This document shows, one piece after another, positions 29,294 to 38,958 of a DNA stretch of 64,000 nucleotides. The notes under the pieces are model-generated. The model searched no databases, was not told the DNA's origin, and saw nothing but the letters and a program-made list of their open reading frames with translations. Source of the DNA: Cytophagales bacterium (GTDB taxonomy: Bacteria; Bacteroidota; Bacteroidia; Cytophagales; JAAEPT01); the NCBI GenBank assembly GCA_043770215.1, contig JAYVIQ010000106.1, positions 13,729 to 77,728 of the forward strand, read 5' to 3'. The stretch's first letter is position 1, and each line of letters begins with the position of its first letter. Position numbers and translations under genes: made by a program.

Positions 29294-29793
29294 ATTTAAG
29301 CTTTATTTTTTTGAGACTTTGCCCTAAAATTTATTTGTTACATTTTATTTTTTGCATTTAATTTTCATTAAAATAAGACACGATTTTATATATTTTTTTT
29401 TAATCGCACTCTCTATTTTCTTTTGTATTCTAATTACCAAAGTGTCTTTATTAATACAATTTTTAGCTGAGCTAAGAGAACTGCATAGATAGACTCTTTA
29501 GTACTAATTACCGCTAAAGGCACCTCATTGTATTAGGAAACAGGATTTATAGAACCAAAGACCTCAACACTATTAAGAGAAAATGCTTTTGAAAATGACA
29601 GAGTATTGGGTTTTAAAAAATAAAAAATCAACCTAATTTTTTTTTATACTGAGCTATATTATTAAAAATCTCAAGTTTAGTTCTAAACTATTATTGACTA
29701 TAATATAAATTTTGCAAAAATATCTGTAACGTTTTTTAAAAGCTGTATCATCTTTGTGAATTTAAAAAACAATTAAAAACAAAACGTAAAATT

Positions 29794-30288
29794 ATGAAAA
29801 AGATCATTGTAACAATCGGCCTAGTAACATCACTTATGTTTGGATTTATAGCATGTGATAAGAGTGAACAAGTAGCACCAATTACAAAAGAAAGTCGTTT
29901 AAAAGAAGCTAAAAAATTACTTACTGCTCATAAGTGGAATCTAACCACAGTGAATTATTATGATTCGTTAGGCGTTAATAAAACTGAAAATGTACAAGAG
30001 GATACTTGCTCAAAATTTATATCTGATATTACTTTTGATGTAAATGGTAATTTAAATGGTGGTTCGAAGTGCAAAGAAAAAGTTGAATTAAATGGGATAG
30101 TTGGTACGTATAAAGTTTTTATAGATGACAAATCTAATATTATGTTGGATTGGAAGGAAGATTATGGTAAAAATGGTTTTTTATCCGATGCAACACTGAT
30201 GAAAGTTAAAGTGCTTACAGATAGCACAATACAACTTGAGGCCTATGATTCAGAGTTTGGTCCAACCATAATGAACGGTGTTAAATAA
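29794..30288 (+). CDS. Hypothetical lipoprotein
   Basis: Lipobox (GFIACDK). 164 aa. No family recognised. Confidence 0.45.
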   Translation: MKKIIVTIGLVTSLMFGFIACDKSEQVAPITKESRLKEAKKLLTAHKWNLTTVNYYDSLGVNKTENVQEDTCSKFISDITFDVNGNLNGGSKCKEKVELNGIVGTYKVFIDDKSNIMLDWKEDYGKNGFLSDATLMKVKVLTDSTIQLEAYDSEFGPTIMNGVK

Positions 30289-30412
30289 ATAGGTTCATGA
30301 TAGATTCTAGAGGCGCCTTTCAAATAAAAATTGAATAGGCGCTCCTAGTATTTAGTATTAAATGTAAAGTGTGCTTATATTTATATGCTTTTTATGAATG
30401 TTACTAAAAAAA

Positions 30413-30429
30413 TAACTTTGTTAAATTTG
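30413..30429 (+). promoter_or_regulatory. Two adjacent Bacteroidota -7-type promoter motifs (TAnnTTTG) upstream of the ECF sigma gene
   Basis: TAACTTTG (30413-30420) and TAAATTTG (30422-30429). No clear -33 TTG partner seen. Confidence 0.3.
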
Positions 30430-30443
30430 TACAAAAAGAGTAT

Positions 30444-31031
30444 TTGTTCATGACAAATGAATTAGAAATAATACAAGGGTGTAAAAATAATGATTCTTAT
30501 GCTCAGAGAGTTTTATTCGAAATGTATGGGGCACAAATGAAAGCTGTATGTGGGTTGTATGTAAAAAACGCTGATCAAAAAGAAGATTTGTTGCAAGAGT
30601 CATTTATAAAAATATTTTCTAAGATAAATGATTTTGATTCTAGAGGTGTCTTGCGTGCTTGGATTAGGAGGATTGTAGTAAACACTTGTCTAGGATATAT
30701 AACAAGAGATAAGTATGCAAAGAACATGGTTAGTTCATCAGATTCTTTGCAATACAATGAAGAAATAGAAGATGAAGAAGACGAAGATGACTCAGAATTT
30801 GATACACTAGTAGAAGCATTAGATGGGGAAACAATTCATGGATGCATTTCCTTATTAAAAGAAGATTTTAGAGTTGTATTTGTAATGTTTTGCATAGATG
30901 ATATGTCTCATAATGAAATATCAAGCGTTTTAAACATTACCGTAGGGGCATCTAGAGTCAGATTAAACAGAGCTAAAGAAGCATTAAAAAAATTATTATT
31001 GGAAGTTTCTACAAAGGAGATAAAAGTATGA
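30444..31031 (+). CDS. ECF-type RNA polymerase sigma-70 family factor
   Basis: Region 2 (LLQESFIKIF, RAWIRRIVVNTC) and region 4 HTH (MSHNEISSVLNITVGASRVRLNRAKEAL). The track start is TTG, and the ATG at 30450 is also possible. Confidence 0.85.
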   Translation: MFMTNELEIIQGCKNNDSYAQRVLFEMYGAQMKAVCGLYVKNADQKEDLLQESFIKIFSKINDFDSRGVLRAWIRRIVVNTCLGYITRDKYAKNMVSSSDSLQYNEEIEDEEDEDDSEFDTLVEALDGETIHGCISLLKEDFRVVFVMFCIDDMSHNEISSVLNITVGASRVRLNRAKEALKKLLLEVSTKEIKV

Positions 31032-31699
31032 ACAAAGAGTTGTTAAAAAGTAAACTTTCTGAAGTTTCGCATACACCATCAGCTAATTCTTGGGGTATTA
31101 TTGAAAAGAAATTTCAAGCGCATAGTGTACAAAACACTTTAATGCCTGCAACTAAAGTTGCTTCTGGATTAAACACGTTTTTTGTTGTAGGTGCAGGTGT
31201 TGTTTTTTCTGTTTTAGCTTTAGTATTATATAAAAATTATTACTCAGAATCAGAAGCCAAAGTAAACACACCAACAAGTGAAGTTAAAAATTCTTCAGAT
31301 AAAATCAGTAAAAGCGATGTAAATAAGGCTATTTCTAAATCAAATCATAGTTTTAGCGAAAATACTGGTGGTTTAAAAGGTAAAGAAGATGATTCTGAAT
31401 TTAATAAATGTTCTAATCAAAACATGAGGAATCTAAGCATCAAAGAAGACAGTTACACTAAGAAAAATAAACTTGCACCAGCAAGCGTAGCTCCTAACAT
31501 AATAAATGCAACTGAAAAAGATTTTGTGGTAGATAATAAAGTTTTAAGCGGCTCACCGGATAATAGAATGGAGTCCGAATATAAAAACGAAATTAAAGAG
31601 GTAGAAAAACCTAAACATATACCCAAAACCATAAAATATGTTACCAGACGGGATACGATAATAAAGTATGACACTTTGATAAGTAAAAATAAAAAGTGA
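31028..31699 (+). CDS. Putative anti-sigma factor (single-pass membrane protein)
   Basis: Start overlaps the sigma stop (ATGA). One TM (FFVVGAGVVFSVLALVLY). The call rests on position only. Confidence 0.45.
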   Translation: MNKELLKSKLSEVSHTPSANSWGIIEKKFQAHSVQNTLMPATKVASGLNTFFVVGAGVVFSVLALVLYKNYYSESEAKVNTPTSEVKNSSDKISKSDVNKAISKSNHSFSENTGGLKGKEDDSEFNKCSNQNMRNLSIKEDSYTKKNKLAPASVAPNIINATEKDFVVDNKVLSGSPDNRMESEYKNEIKEVEKPKHIPKTIKYVTRRDTIIKYDTLISKNKK

Positions 31700-31709
31700 T
31701 TTTTACTAG

Positions 31710-32454
31710 ATGTTAAGATCAATAACATCTATTTCTTTTTTTTTAATACATTTTATGAGTCTTGCTCAAGAAGGGCAAGACTCTATAGTTTATATAGATG
31801 AACCACCTGTGGTGGTTCATCAAAAAGTAGAAATTTTTAAAGAGAAAATTATATTGCCTCATTTTATTTTGACGGAATTCTCTTTGGCACCGTCTTTTTT
31901 TAATTACACTTATAGTCCTTCTAATACCAATATTGATAAATACTTGGATGTAAATAATTCTAAAAATTTGACTCTTCAGTTTGCCCTTAAAACGTATTTA
32001 GTATACAAAAAATGGCACTTTGGATTAGAATTTAACTATGCAAGTTTATCACAATCTAGAGAATCTACTGATTATATAATCCCATATACTAAAAAAGGAA
32101 CTTATTTAGAACATCTATAAAGTATCTATAGCTCCCAAACTCGGCTTAGGAATTGCCTATTTTTTTAGTCAAGGAGGTTTAATTCCTGTTGAAGATGATA
32201 TTTACTACGAGGTATTATATTCTAATGAAGTATCCCCAAAAATTATCACTCCAATTTTTCAAATTGAACTCCCTATTCAAGTAAGATTATCAAACAAATG
32301 GGGATTTTTTAGTTCATATTACTACCAAAGAAATATTTTGTCTTTTTCTAAGGGGTATTCGAAGCTAGACGTAGCTAGACGGCTCCATGGCATAAGACTT
32401 GGTTTTAATTATAAATTTTCTTTGCGAAAGTATTTGTTAGACACAAAAAAATAA
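31710..32454 (+). pseudogene. Outer-membrane beta-barrel-like protein gene split by a frameshift
   Basis: Frame 0 ends ..PYTKKGTYLEHL* at 32120. The +1 frame is open from 32110 (NIYKVSIAPKLGLGIAYFF...RLHGIRLGFNYKF..) to TAA 32452-32454, my own translation. Confidence 0.6.
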
Positions 32455-32707
32455 TGCTTTTAGCATCTAAAAATGGTACAACATTATTGCAGATTATTTA
32501 TAAAGATACTTTTTTATTGGTTATTGTAACAATTGCTTAGTATTCAGTATTAATGTATAAGTTTAGTTTCATTTAGCTAATTTCTAGTTCTAAGTTAAAT
32601 CTATACATACACTTTTCATTTAAAAGTAATCGATTGGTTAGTTATTGTTTGTTTTAATCCTGTTAGTATAAGGCATTGAAACAGAGGAATCAAAAACTAT
32701 TTTTACT

Positions 32708-33970
32708 TTATAACACTCGTTTAAGTATGGTTATAAACTGCCAACAATCTGTAAAACTATTGTATAGAGGCACTGGCGCCACTCTAAGAATTCCTCCCTT
32801 GGCGTGGTTTCTCCAATCGGCTATGACTCCATTACTGTGGAGTTCGTCAATAAAGCGTTTGTCCTTATTTTCTATATAAATAGATATCTGACAGCCTTTT
32901 TGTTCTAGTGGGGTAACAATTTTTAAATGTGGGAGTTCGGATTTCAAACAGGTTGCCAAAAAAGAAGAAAGTTCCTGCCCTTTATAAAAATAGTCTTTAA
33001 GTGCTATTTTATCAAAAAGCTCTAGAGAGCCAAGCAATGCAGCCAAAGACAATACAGGAGCATTAGACATTTGCCATGCTTCTGCCGTTTGGTAAGGGTC
33101 TAATGTGTGATGCATCTGAAAACGATTTTCTTCTTTGTTGCTCCACCAACCTTGTAACTTGGCTAACTCGTTGTTTTTTAAATGCTTTTGGTGCACAAAA
33201 GCACCACCAACTGCTCCTGGGCCACCATTTAAGTACTTGTAATTACACCATACGGCAAAGTCAATTTGCCAAGTATGTAATTGGAGCCCTACATTCCCTA
33301 TAGCATGTGCTAGATCTACCCCAAAAAAAGCATTTTGGGCATGTACATAACTTGCAATATTTTGTATATCAAATACTTCTCCTGTTTGGTAATTTACTCC
33401 AGAAAGCAAAACCAATGCTATTTCAGGATCCATCAAAGCATCTTTAATTTTGTCTGTGCCATAAACTCCCCAATCATCTGGCTCTATGTACAAAAGGGCA
33501 TTTTGTGCTTGTTCTTTACTTAAAACACCTTTTTTAAGATAAAAATCTATTTGAGATTGTATAGCATAATGGTCAGAAGGGAAAGCATTTCTTTCTAATA
33601 CAATTTTATACTTATTGGCTGTAGGAGTATAAAAACTCAACAAAAGCAAATGCAAATTTACAGTGAGGGCGTTCATTGCCACTACCTCGGTTGCTATAGC
33701 ACCAACAAGTTTTGCTAAAGGAGTCTCTACGTTTTTGTGATAGCTTACCCAAGGCAAAGGGTCAGTAAAATGCCCTTCTACGCCTAAATTTTGCCATTTT
33801 AAAAGTTCTTGTTGTACAATATGAGCTGTATTTTTTGGTTGTAAACCCAAAGAATTTCCGCAAAAATATAAGTAATCATCTCCAAATTCTGTTTTTGGAA
33901 AATGAAATTGCTTTCTATACGGTTGCAAAGAATCTAAAGAATCTTTTTTTTTGGCAATTTCTAAGCTCAT
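32708..33970 (-). CDS. kynU: Kynureninase
   Basis: 420 aa. Class-V aminotransferase-like PLP enzyme with a kynureninase-type N-terminus (YRKQFHFP..YFCGNSLGLQPK) and CNYKYLNGGPG. Confidence 0.9.
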   Translation of the reverse strand: MSLEIAKKKDSLDSLQPYRKQFHFPKTEFGDDYLYFCGNSLGLQPKNTAHIVQQELLKWQNLGVEGHFTDPLPWVSYHKNVETPLAKLVGAIATEVVAMNALTVNLHLLLLSFYTPTANKYKIVLERNAFPSDHYAIQSQIDFYLKKGVLSKEQAQNALLYIEPDDWGVYGTDKIKDALMDPEIALVLLSGVNYQTGEVFDIQNIASYVHAQNAFFGVDLAHAIGNVGLQLHTWQIDFAVWCNYKYLNGGPGAVGGAFVHQKHLKNNELAKLQGWWSNKEENRFQMHHTLDPYQTAEAWQMSNAPVLSLAALLGSLELFDKIALKDYFYKGQELSSFLATCLKSELPHLKIVTPLEQKGCQISIYIENKDKRFIDELHSNGVIADWRNHAKGGILRVAPVPLYNSFTDCWQFITILKRVL

Positions 33971-34489
33971 TTACATAGGTTTTTCTAGTACACTGCTACA
34001 AACTTTGCATGTTCTAAGTTCTAAAGAACCGTAAAAAGTTTCCATAACTTTGGGCAGTTGGGTGGCTATGTCTGTCAAAACAAATTTTTCTTCGTAAAGC
34101 TTGTTGCCACAGTTTTCGCAAAACCACATAAAGCCATCTTCCTCCGTTTTATTACGGTATCTTTCTATAACTAACCCTACTGTATTGGCACCTCTCTGTG
34201 GAGAATGAGGTGTTTTTGGTGGAAGCAAGAATAAATCGCCCTCTTTTACTTCTATATCTACGGGCTTGCCCTGATCTATTATTTTCACAACAATATCTCC
34301 CTCTATCTGATAAAAAAGTTCCTCTCCTTCATTATAATGATAATCTTTACGAGAGTTTGGGCCTCCAACAATCATTACTATAAAATCATCATTGTTTTTA
34401 TAAATTACTTTGTTGCCTACAGGTGGTCTGAGCAATTCTCTATGCTCTTCTATCCAGCCTTTTAGGTTTATAGATTTACTTATTGCCAT
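33971..34489 (-). CDS. 3-hydroxyanthranilate 3,4-dioxygenase
   Basis: Cupin core (DYHYNEGEELFYQIEGD, PHSPQR) and a C-terminal Cys pair region (CENCGN..CKVC). Confidence 0.9.
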   Translation of the reverse strand: MAISKSINLKGWIEEHRELLRPPVGNKVIYKNNDDFIVMIVGGPNSRKDYHYNEGEELFYQIEGDIVVKIIDQGKPVDIEVKEGDLFLLPPKTPHSPQRGANTVGLVIERYRNKTEEDGFMWFCENCGNKLYEEKFVLTDIATQLPKVMETFYGSLELRTCKVCSSVLEKPM

Positions 34490-36641
34490 TGTCCAAGAGA
34501 TTTTTTTCTATAAAGATATACATCTTTTGGTATAAATTGTAGCGGGTAGTACCTCCAAAAATGCCATGATTTTTGTTTGGGTAATAAAAATGTTCGAAAT
34601 TTTTGTTGTGTTTCAAAAGTTCATTTTGCAAAGCATAACTGTTTTGTATATGTACATTGTCATCTGCAGTGCCATGTATCAAAAGTAAATTGCCTTGTAG
34701 ATTTTGAGCATAGTTTGTGGGTGAGTTTTGGTCAAATCCCTGAGGATTATCTTTTGGCAAACCCATATAACGTTCTGTATAAATATTATCATAAAAACGC
34801 CAATTGGTTACTGGGGCTACTGCAATAGCACAAGAAAAAATATCTGGAGATTTTAGCAAACAAAGCGTAGATAGATATCCACCAAAGCTCCAGCCCCAAA
34901 TGCCTATTCTTTTTTGGTCTACATAAGATTTTGATTTTAGATAATTTGCAACCGCAGTTTGATCCTTGTGTTCTAAGTTTCCAAGTTGGCCGTAAGTACT
35001 TTTTCTGAATTCACCCCCTCTGCCATCTGTGCCTCTGCCATCTGCAAGTACCACTATGCAATTTTTTTGGGCTAAATATTGGTGGTAAAAATAATCAAAT
35101 GAATTCCATTCGTTTGTAACTACCTGATATCCTGGGCCACCATAACAATGCATAAGCACTGGATATTTTTTTGTGGAATCGAAATTTGGAGGAAGTATTT
35201 TTAGGCATTGAATGGTGTGTCCTTCTGGGGCCAACACTTTAAAAAACTCCGTTTTGCCTGTATTTACGGTTTTTAATTTCTCTGCTATGGCTATATTAGT
35301 TTCTAATGATAAAATAGGTTTTAGCCTTTTAAGCGTTACCAATGTACTTGTGTAAGGTGTTTGAAGGTTAGATTGGGTTAAAATGCCTAATTTTCCGTTT
35401 GGCGAAATGGTGATGTCAGACCACATGGCAGCACTGGACAATACTTTAAGTTTTTCATTTTTGTACATGCAAATACTTTGTGTATAGGTATTTGGGTATA
35501 AAGCGGTAAAGTAAGTTGAACCCGTTTCTTCGTTATGGCGGAGAAGGTTTTTAACATCAAATTCTACAGGCGTTAGATCTTCTATGAGCAAAGTATCATA
35601 TTGAATTTTTAGTAAGTGTTTAAATCCATTATGGTAGGAGTCTAAAATACACCCGTTAGAAATAAAGGCAATGTTGCTAGGGATTTCTACATATTTGTCA
35701 GAGCTATCTTTATAAATTATTTTTTCGGTTTTAGAGGTTGTATTAAAAACCACTAACTCTAGTTTATTTTGTAACCGATTTGTTTTAATATAGTAAAACT
35801 CATCTGGCAGATTAGATACACCTATTTTTGCTATGTATTCAAATTCTTCTCCAGTTTCAAAAATTTCTTGATCTACTTTTGTTTCTAGGTCAAATACATG
35901 TAGCGTAACTTTGGCATTAGGCATGCCTGCTTTTGGGTATTTATAGGTATAATATTCTGGATATAGGTTTTCTTTCCATAGTTCTATTTGGTAACTGGCT
36001 ACTTCACTTTCGTTATAGCGTAAGTAGGCTATTTTGTGCGTGTTTGGTATCCAATAGTAGGCTTTGCTAAATCCAAACTCTTCTTCATGCACCCAATCTG
36101 CTCTTCCATTTATTATTTCGTTCCATTTGCCGTCTTCTGTAATTTTGCTTTCTTGGTTGTTAATTAGTTCTACGGAATACATGTTGTTTTCATCAGTATA
36201 AGCAAGGTATTTAGCATCATAAGAAAAGCTTGGGTTAAATACTTTTTTTTGACTAACATACAGCAAACTGTCATTTTTAGTATTGTATACCATAGCAAGT
36301 CCTTTTTTTGAATGCCGGTATAAAGATTCTTCATTTGCCATAAAACACAACAAAGAAGAATCTTGCATGGGTTTGGTACAGTCAGAAATTGAAAATGTAT
36401 CTGGAATGGCAATATTTTTTTTAAGTTTTTGAATCCCATTTTTGTTTGCAGTATACAGTTCTACTCCGTTTTGGTAGGAAATAAGCGTACTGTCATTTAA
36501 CCATTCAAGTGTATTTTGTGAGGCATAAAAAGAATAATTAAGCCATATATCTGATAGTTTTATTTGCGCCTTGCCTATGTTTGAGAGTAGAATAAAAAAT
36601 AAAACGGTACTATTTTTGAAACGAAAGGTGAATAAATTCAT
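34476..36641 (-). CDS. Dipeptidyl-peptidase IV (S9B prolyl oligopeptidase family)
   Basis: Signal peptide, DPP-IV N-terminal propeller, nucleophile GWSFGGY, and GTADDNVH / NKNHG. Its 3-prime end overlaps the downstream gene by 14 nt. Confidence 0.88.
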   Translation of the reverse strand: MNLFTFRFKNSTVLFFILLSNIGKAQIKLSDIWLNYSFYASQNTLEWLNDSTLISYQNGVELYTANKNGIQKLKKNIAIPDTFSISDCTKPMQDSSLLCFMANEESLYRHSKKGLAMVYNTKNDSLLYVSQKKVFNPSFSYDAKYLAYTDENNMYSVELINNQESKITEDGKWNEIINGRADWVHEEEFGFSKAYYWIPNTHKIAYLRYNESEVASYQIELWKENLYPEYYTYKYPKAGMPNAKVTLHVFDLETKVDQEIFETGEEFEYIAKIGVSNLPDEFYYIKTNRLQNKLELVVFNTTSKTEKIIYKDSSDKYVEIPSNIAFISNGCILDSYHNGFKHLLKIQYDTLLIEDLTPVEFDVKNLLRHNEETGSTYFTALYPNTYTQSICMYKNEKLKVLSSAAMWSDITISPNGKLGILTQSNLQTPYTSTLVTLKRLKPILSLETNIAIAEKLKTVNTGKTEFFKVLAPEGHTIQCLKILPPNFDSTKKYPVLMHCYGGPGYQVVTNEWNSFDYFYHQYLAQKNCIVVLADGRGTDGRGGEFRKSTYGQLGNLEHKDQTAVANYLKSKSYVDQKRIGIWGWSFGGYLSTLCLLKSPDIFSCAIAVAPVTNWRFYDNIYTERYMGLPKDNPQGFDQNSPTNYAQNLQGNLLLIHGTADDNVHIQNSYALQNELLKHNKNFEHFYYPNKNHGIFGGTTRYNLYQKMYIFIEKNLLDNGNK

Positions 36642-36762
36642 TACTTGTATTTTGATTGGTTTTTAAAACTGATGTAAAATTATTAAAAGTTACAAAAAAA
36701 AGTTAATATTGTAGAGTTGAGTTGTTCAACTTTAAAAAATATTAAACTTAAAAAAACAAAAA

Positions 36763-37641
36763 ATGAAAAAATTATCATTAGTGTGGGCTGCATCATTTGC
36801 CCTAACCTCATTATTCCTTACATCTTGTAAAGATGAAGAAGTTGATCCAAAGAAACCAACAATTAACTTTGTAGGTGCTTCAACGTCTAACCAAACTGTA
36901 AAATTAGGCGAAGTTGCAACTATAAATGTTGTAACAGCTAAAGGAGACAAAAACTTAGACAAATTAACTTTTAGAATAGAAGGTAACATTGTACCTAAAG
37001 AAAGAATAAAAGTTAACGGAGAAGCTCTAACTACGGACGGAGAATACAAAATTAAAGCAACTGAAGATGCTGGTAAAACTTATGTAATTTCATTTACAGC
37101 TTCTGCAACTGCAAAAACTGAAACTCTAGTTATTGCTGTTTCTGACAATGATAATTTAACAAATGGTCTTTCTGCAATTATTACAACAAGCAACTTTGCT
37201 ATAACTTCTGCAACTGCAAAGTTATTAGGTGCTCAAAGTAACGCAGCAGGCTCATACTTTGACGCTACTGGTAGTGTAATACCAGGAAATAATGCAAAAA
37301 CAGCTTCAAACATTGTTTTCTCTTATGCATCTTTAACAGCGGGTTCTTCACTCGTATCTCCGTTAACTTCTGATAGGACTCAATTTGATTTAACAACTGG
37401 TTCTGACAACAGTGCAACCACCTATTTTGCAGCTTCTACTTTAGATTTTGCAGCTGTAACTGGTGATCAAATTGCAACTATAACAGCCTCTACGTCTAAA
37501 TCTGTACTAATTGAGAATGGTAAAACGTATTCTTTTGTACAAGGTGGTGTAAAAGGATTGGTTAAAGTTACCGGTCTTGTTACTGGTTTAAGTGGCTCTG
37601 TAACTGTTGATGTTAAATGGGTTAGCACTGCAGCAATGTAA
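36763..37641 (+). CDS. Thr/Ser/Ala-rich surface lipoprotein, hypothetical
   Basis: Lipobox (LFLTSCKDE), composition unlike the neighbouring genes, followed by a strong terminator. Confidence 0.5.
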   Translation: MKKLSLVWAASFALTSLFLTSCKDEEVDPKKPTINFVGASTSNQTVKLGEVATINVVTAKGDKNLDKLTFRIEGNIVPKERIKVNGEALTTDGEYKIKATEDAGKTYVISFTASATAKTETLVIAVSDNDNLTNGLSAIITTSNFAITSATAKLLGAQSNAAGSYFDATGSVIPGNNAKTASNIVFSYASLTAGSSLVSPLTSDRTQFDLTTGSDNSATTYFAASTLDFAAVTGDQIATITASTSKSVLIENGKTYSFVQGGVKGLVKVTGLVTGLSGSVTVDVKWVSTAAM

Positions 37642-37666
37642 ACTAGTTTTCAATAAATTTCTTAAA

Positions 37667-37702
37667 GAGGGTTGATATAACAAATATCAACCCTCTTTTT
37701 TT
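37667..37702 (+). terminator. Rho-independent terminator
   Basis: GAGGGTTGATAT-AACAA-ATATCAACCCTC, a perfect 12-bp stem, followed by a T7 run. Confidence 0.8.
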
Positions 37703-37718
37703 CATTCTAGATGTCATT

Positions 37719-38924
37719 GTGCAAAAAGTAATAATAATTTCTACCCTTTGGTGTGAACCCAGTTCTAGTGCTGCAGGCGTGCATATGCAGCAACTTTTAC
37801 AAATGTTTCTAGAGCAAGGCTACAGCCTAACGTATGCAAGCACCGCAAACAAATCAGATTTTGCTTTAGAAACAACAGATGTAAACCTAAAACAAATACA
37901 ATTAAATTGCTCTAGTTTTGATGCCTGGATTAAAGAAGAAAACCCAGACATAGTACTCTTCGATAGATTTACCGCAGAAGAACAATTTGGCTGGAGAGTG
38001 AGAGAAAATTGCCCAAATGCACTAACTATTTTAAATACAGAAGACCTACATAGTTTACGAAAATCTAGAGAAGAAGCAATAAAAACGAATTCCCTCTGGG
38101 ATATACACTTCTGGAAAAACCAAGAGATTACATATAGAGAGATTAGTTCTATACTCAAATGCGATCTAAATTTGATGGTTTCAGAAACTGAAATAAATTT
38201 TTTAATTACTTATTTCGGAGTAAAAGAAGCTCAACTAATGTATTTGCCTATATGTATAGATCTAAACAGCCTCGAGCCTAAGAAATTTGAAGAGAGAGCG
38301 CATTTTTACACCATAGGCAATTTCATGCACAGTCCAAATCTAGATAGTATTCAATGGGTAAAATCAGAAATTTGGCCATTGATAAGAAAAGAGCTTCCAA
38401 AAGCAGAATTTCATATTTTTGGTGCTTATCTAACAGGCAAAGCCAGGGCCTTGCATGCTCCAAAAGACGGTTTTTTTATAAAGGGAAAGTTAGGTGATTT
38501 AGAAAATGTATTGCCTACTTACAGAGTGTGTTTAGCTCCGCTAAGGTTTGGTGCGGGCATAAAAGGCAAGTTTTTAGAAGCTATGAAATTTGGCACTCCT
38601 TTTAGTACATCATATATTGGCACTGAGGATTTACAAGTAGCTGTAAAAACCTATGCAAAACCAGAAGATATAGCTATAGATGCCATAAAAACCTACACAG
38701 ATAAAGATGTATGGATGCAAAAGCAAAGCTTAGGTTTTGAATGCATCAAAAATAGGTATGCTAGACTAAGCTATGCTGAAAATTGTTTAGAAAAGATACA
38801 AAATATAAAAAGACAATTAGAAACACACAGAAACATACATTTTATGGGCGAGTTGTTAAAACAACAATCAAACAACAGCAGCAAGTATTTTTCTAAATGG
38901 CTAGAACTTAAAAATAAGGCATAG
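37719..38924 (+). CDS. GT-B fold glycosyltransferase (GT4-like)
   Basis: 401 aa with a GTG start. C-terminal half carries a GT-B type signature (LAPLRFGAGIKGKFLEAMKFGTP). Substrate unknown. Confidence 0.6.
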   Translation: MQKVIIISTLWCEPSSSAAGVHMQQLLQMFLEQGYSLTYASTANKSDFALETTDVNLKQIQLNCSSFDAWIKEENPDIVLFDRFTAEEQFGWRVRENCPNALTILNTEDLHSLRKSREEAIKTNSLWDIHFWKNQEITYREISSILKCDLNLMVSETEINFLITYFGVKEAQLMYLPICIDLNSLEPKKFEERAHFYTIGNFMHSPNLDSIQWVKSEIWPLIRKELPKAEFHIFGAYLTGKARALHAPKDGFFIKGKLGDLENVLPTYRVCLAPLRFGAGIKGKFLEAMKFGTPFSTSYIGTEDLQVAVKTYAKPEDIAIDAIKTYTDKDVWMQKQSLGFECIKNRYARLSYAENCLEKIQNIKRQLETHRNIHFMGELLKQQSNNSSKYFSKWLELKNKA

Positions 38925-38958
38925 CTTTTAATCTTCGTTCTCAGAAGCATTTATGTCT

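Noticed and set aside
29725-29765. An ECF-type promoter (GTAAC-N18-CATCT) upstream of the lipoprotein gene preceding the sigma gene.
   Set aside because: The spacing and the -10 element do not fit ECF consensus patterns well enough to call.
36732-37049. 105-aa minus-strand ORF overlapping the start of the Thr/Ser/Ala-rich lipoprotein gene.
   Set aside because: The + strand ORF has a lipobox and a strong terminator. The minus-strand ORF is its complement artefact.
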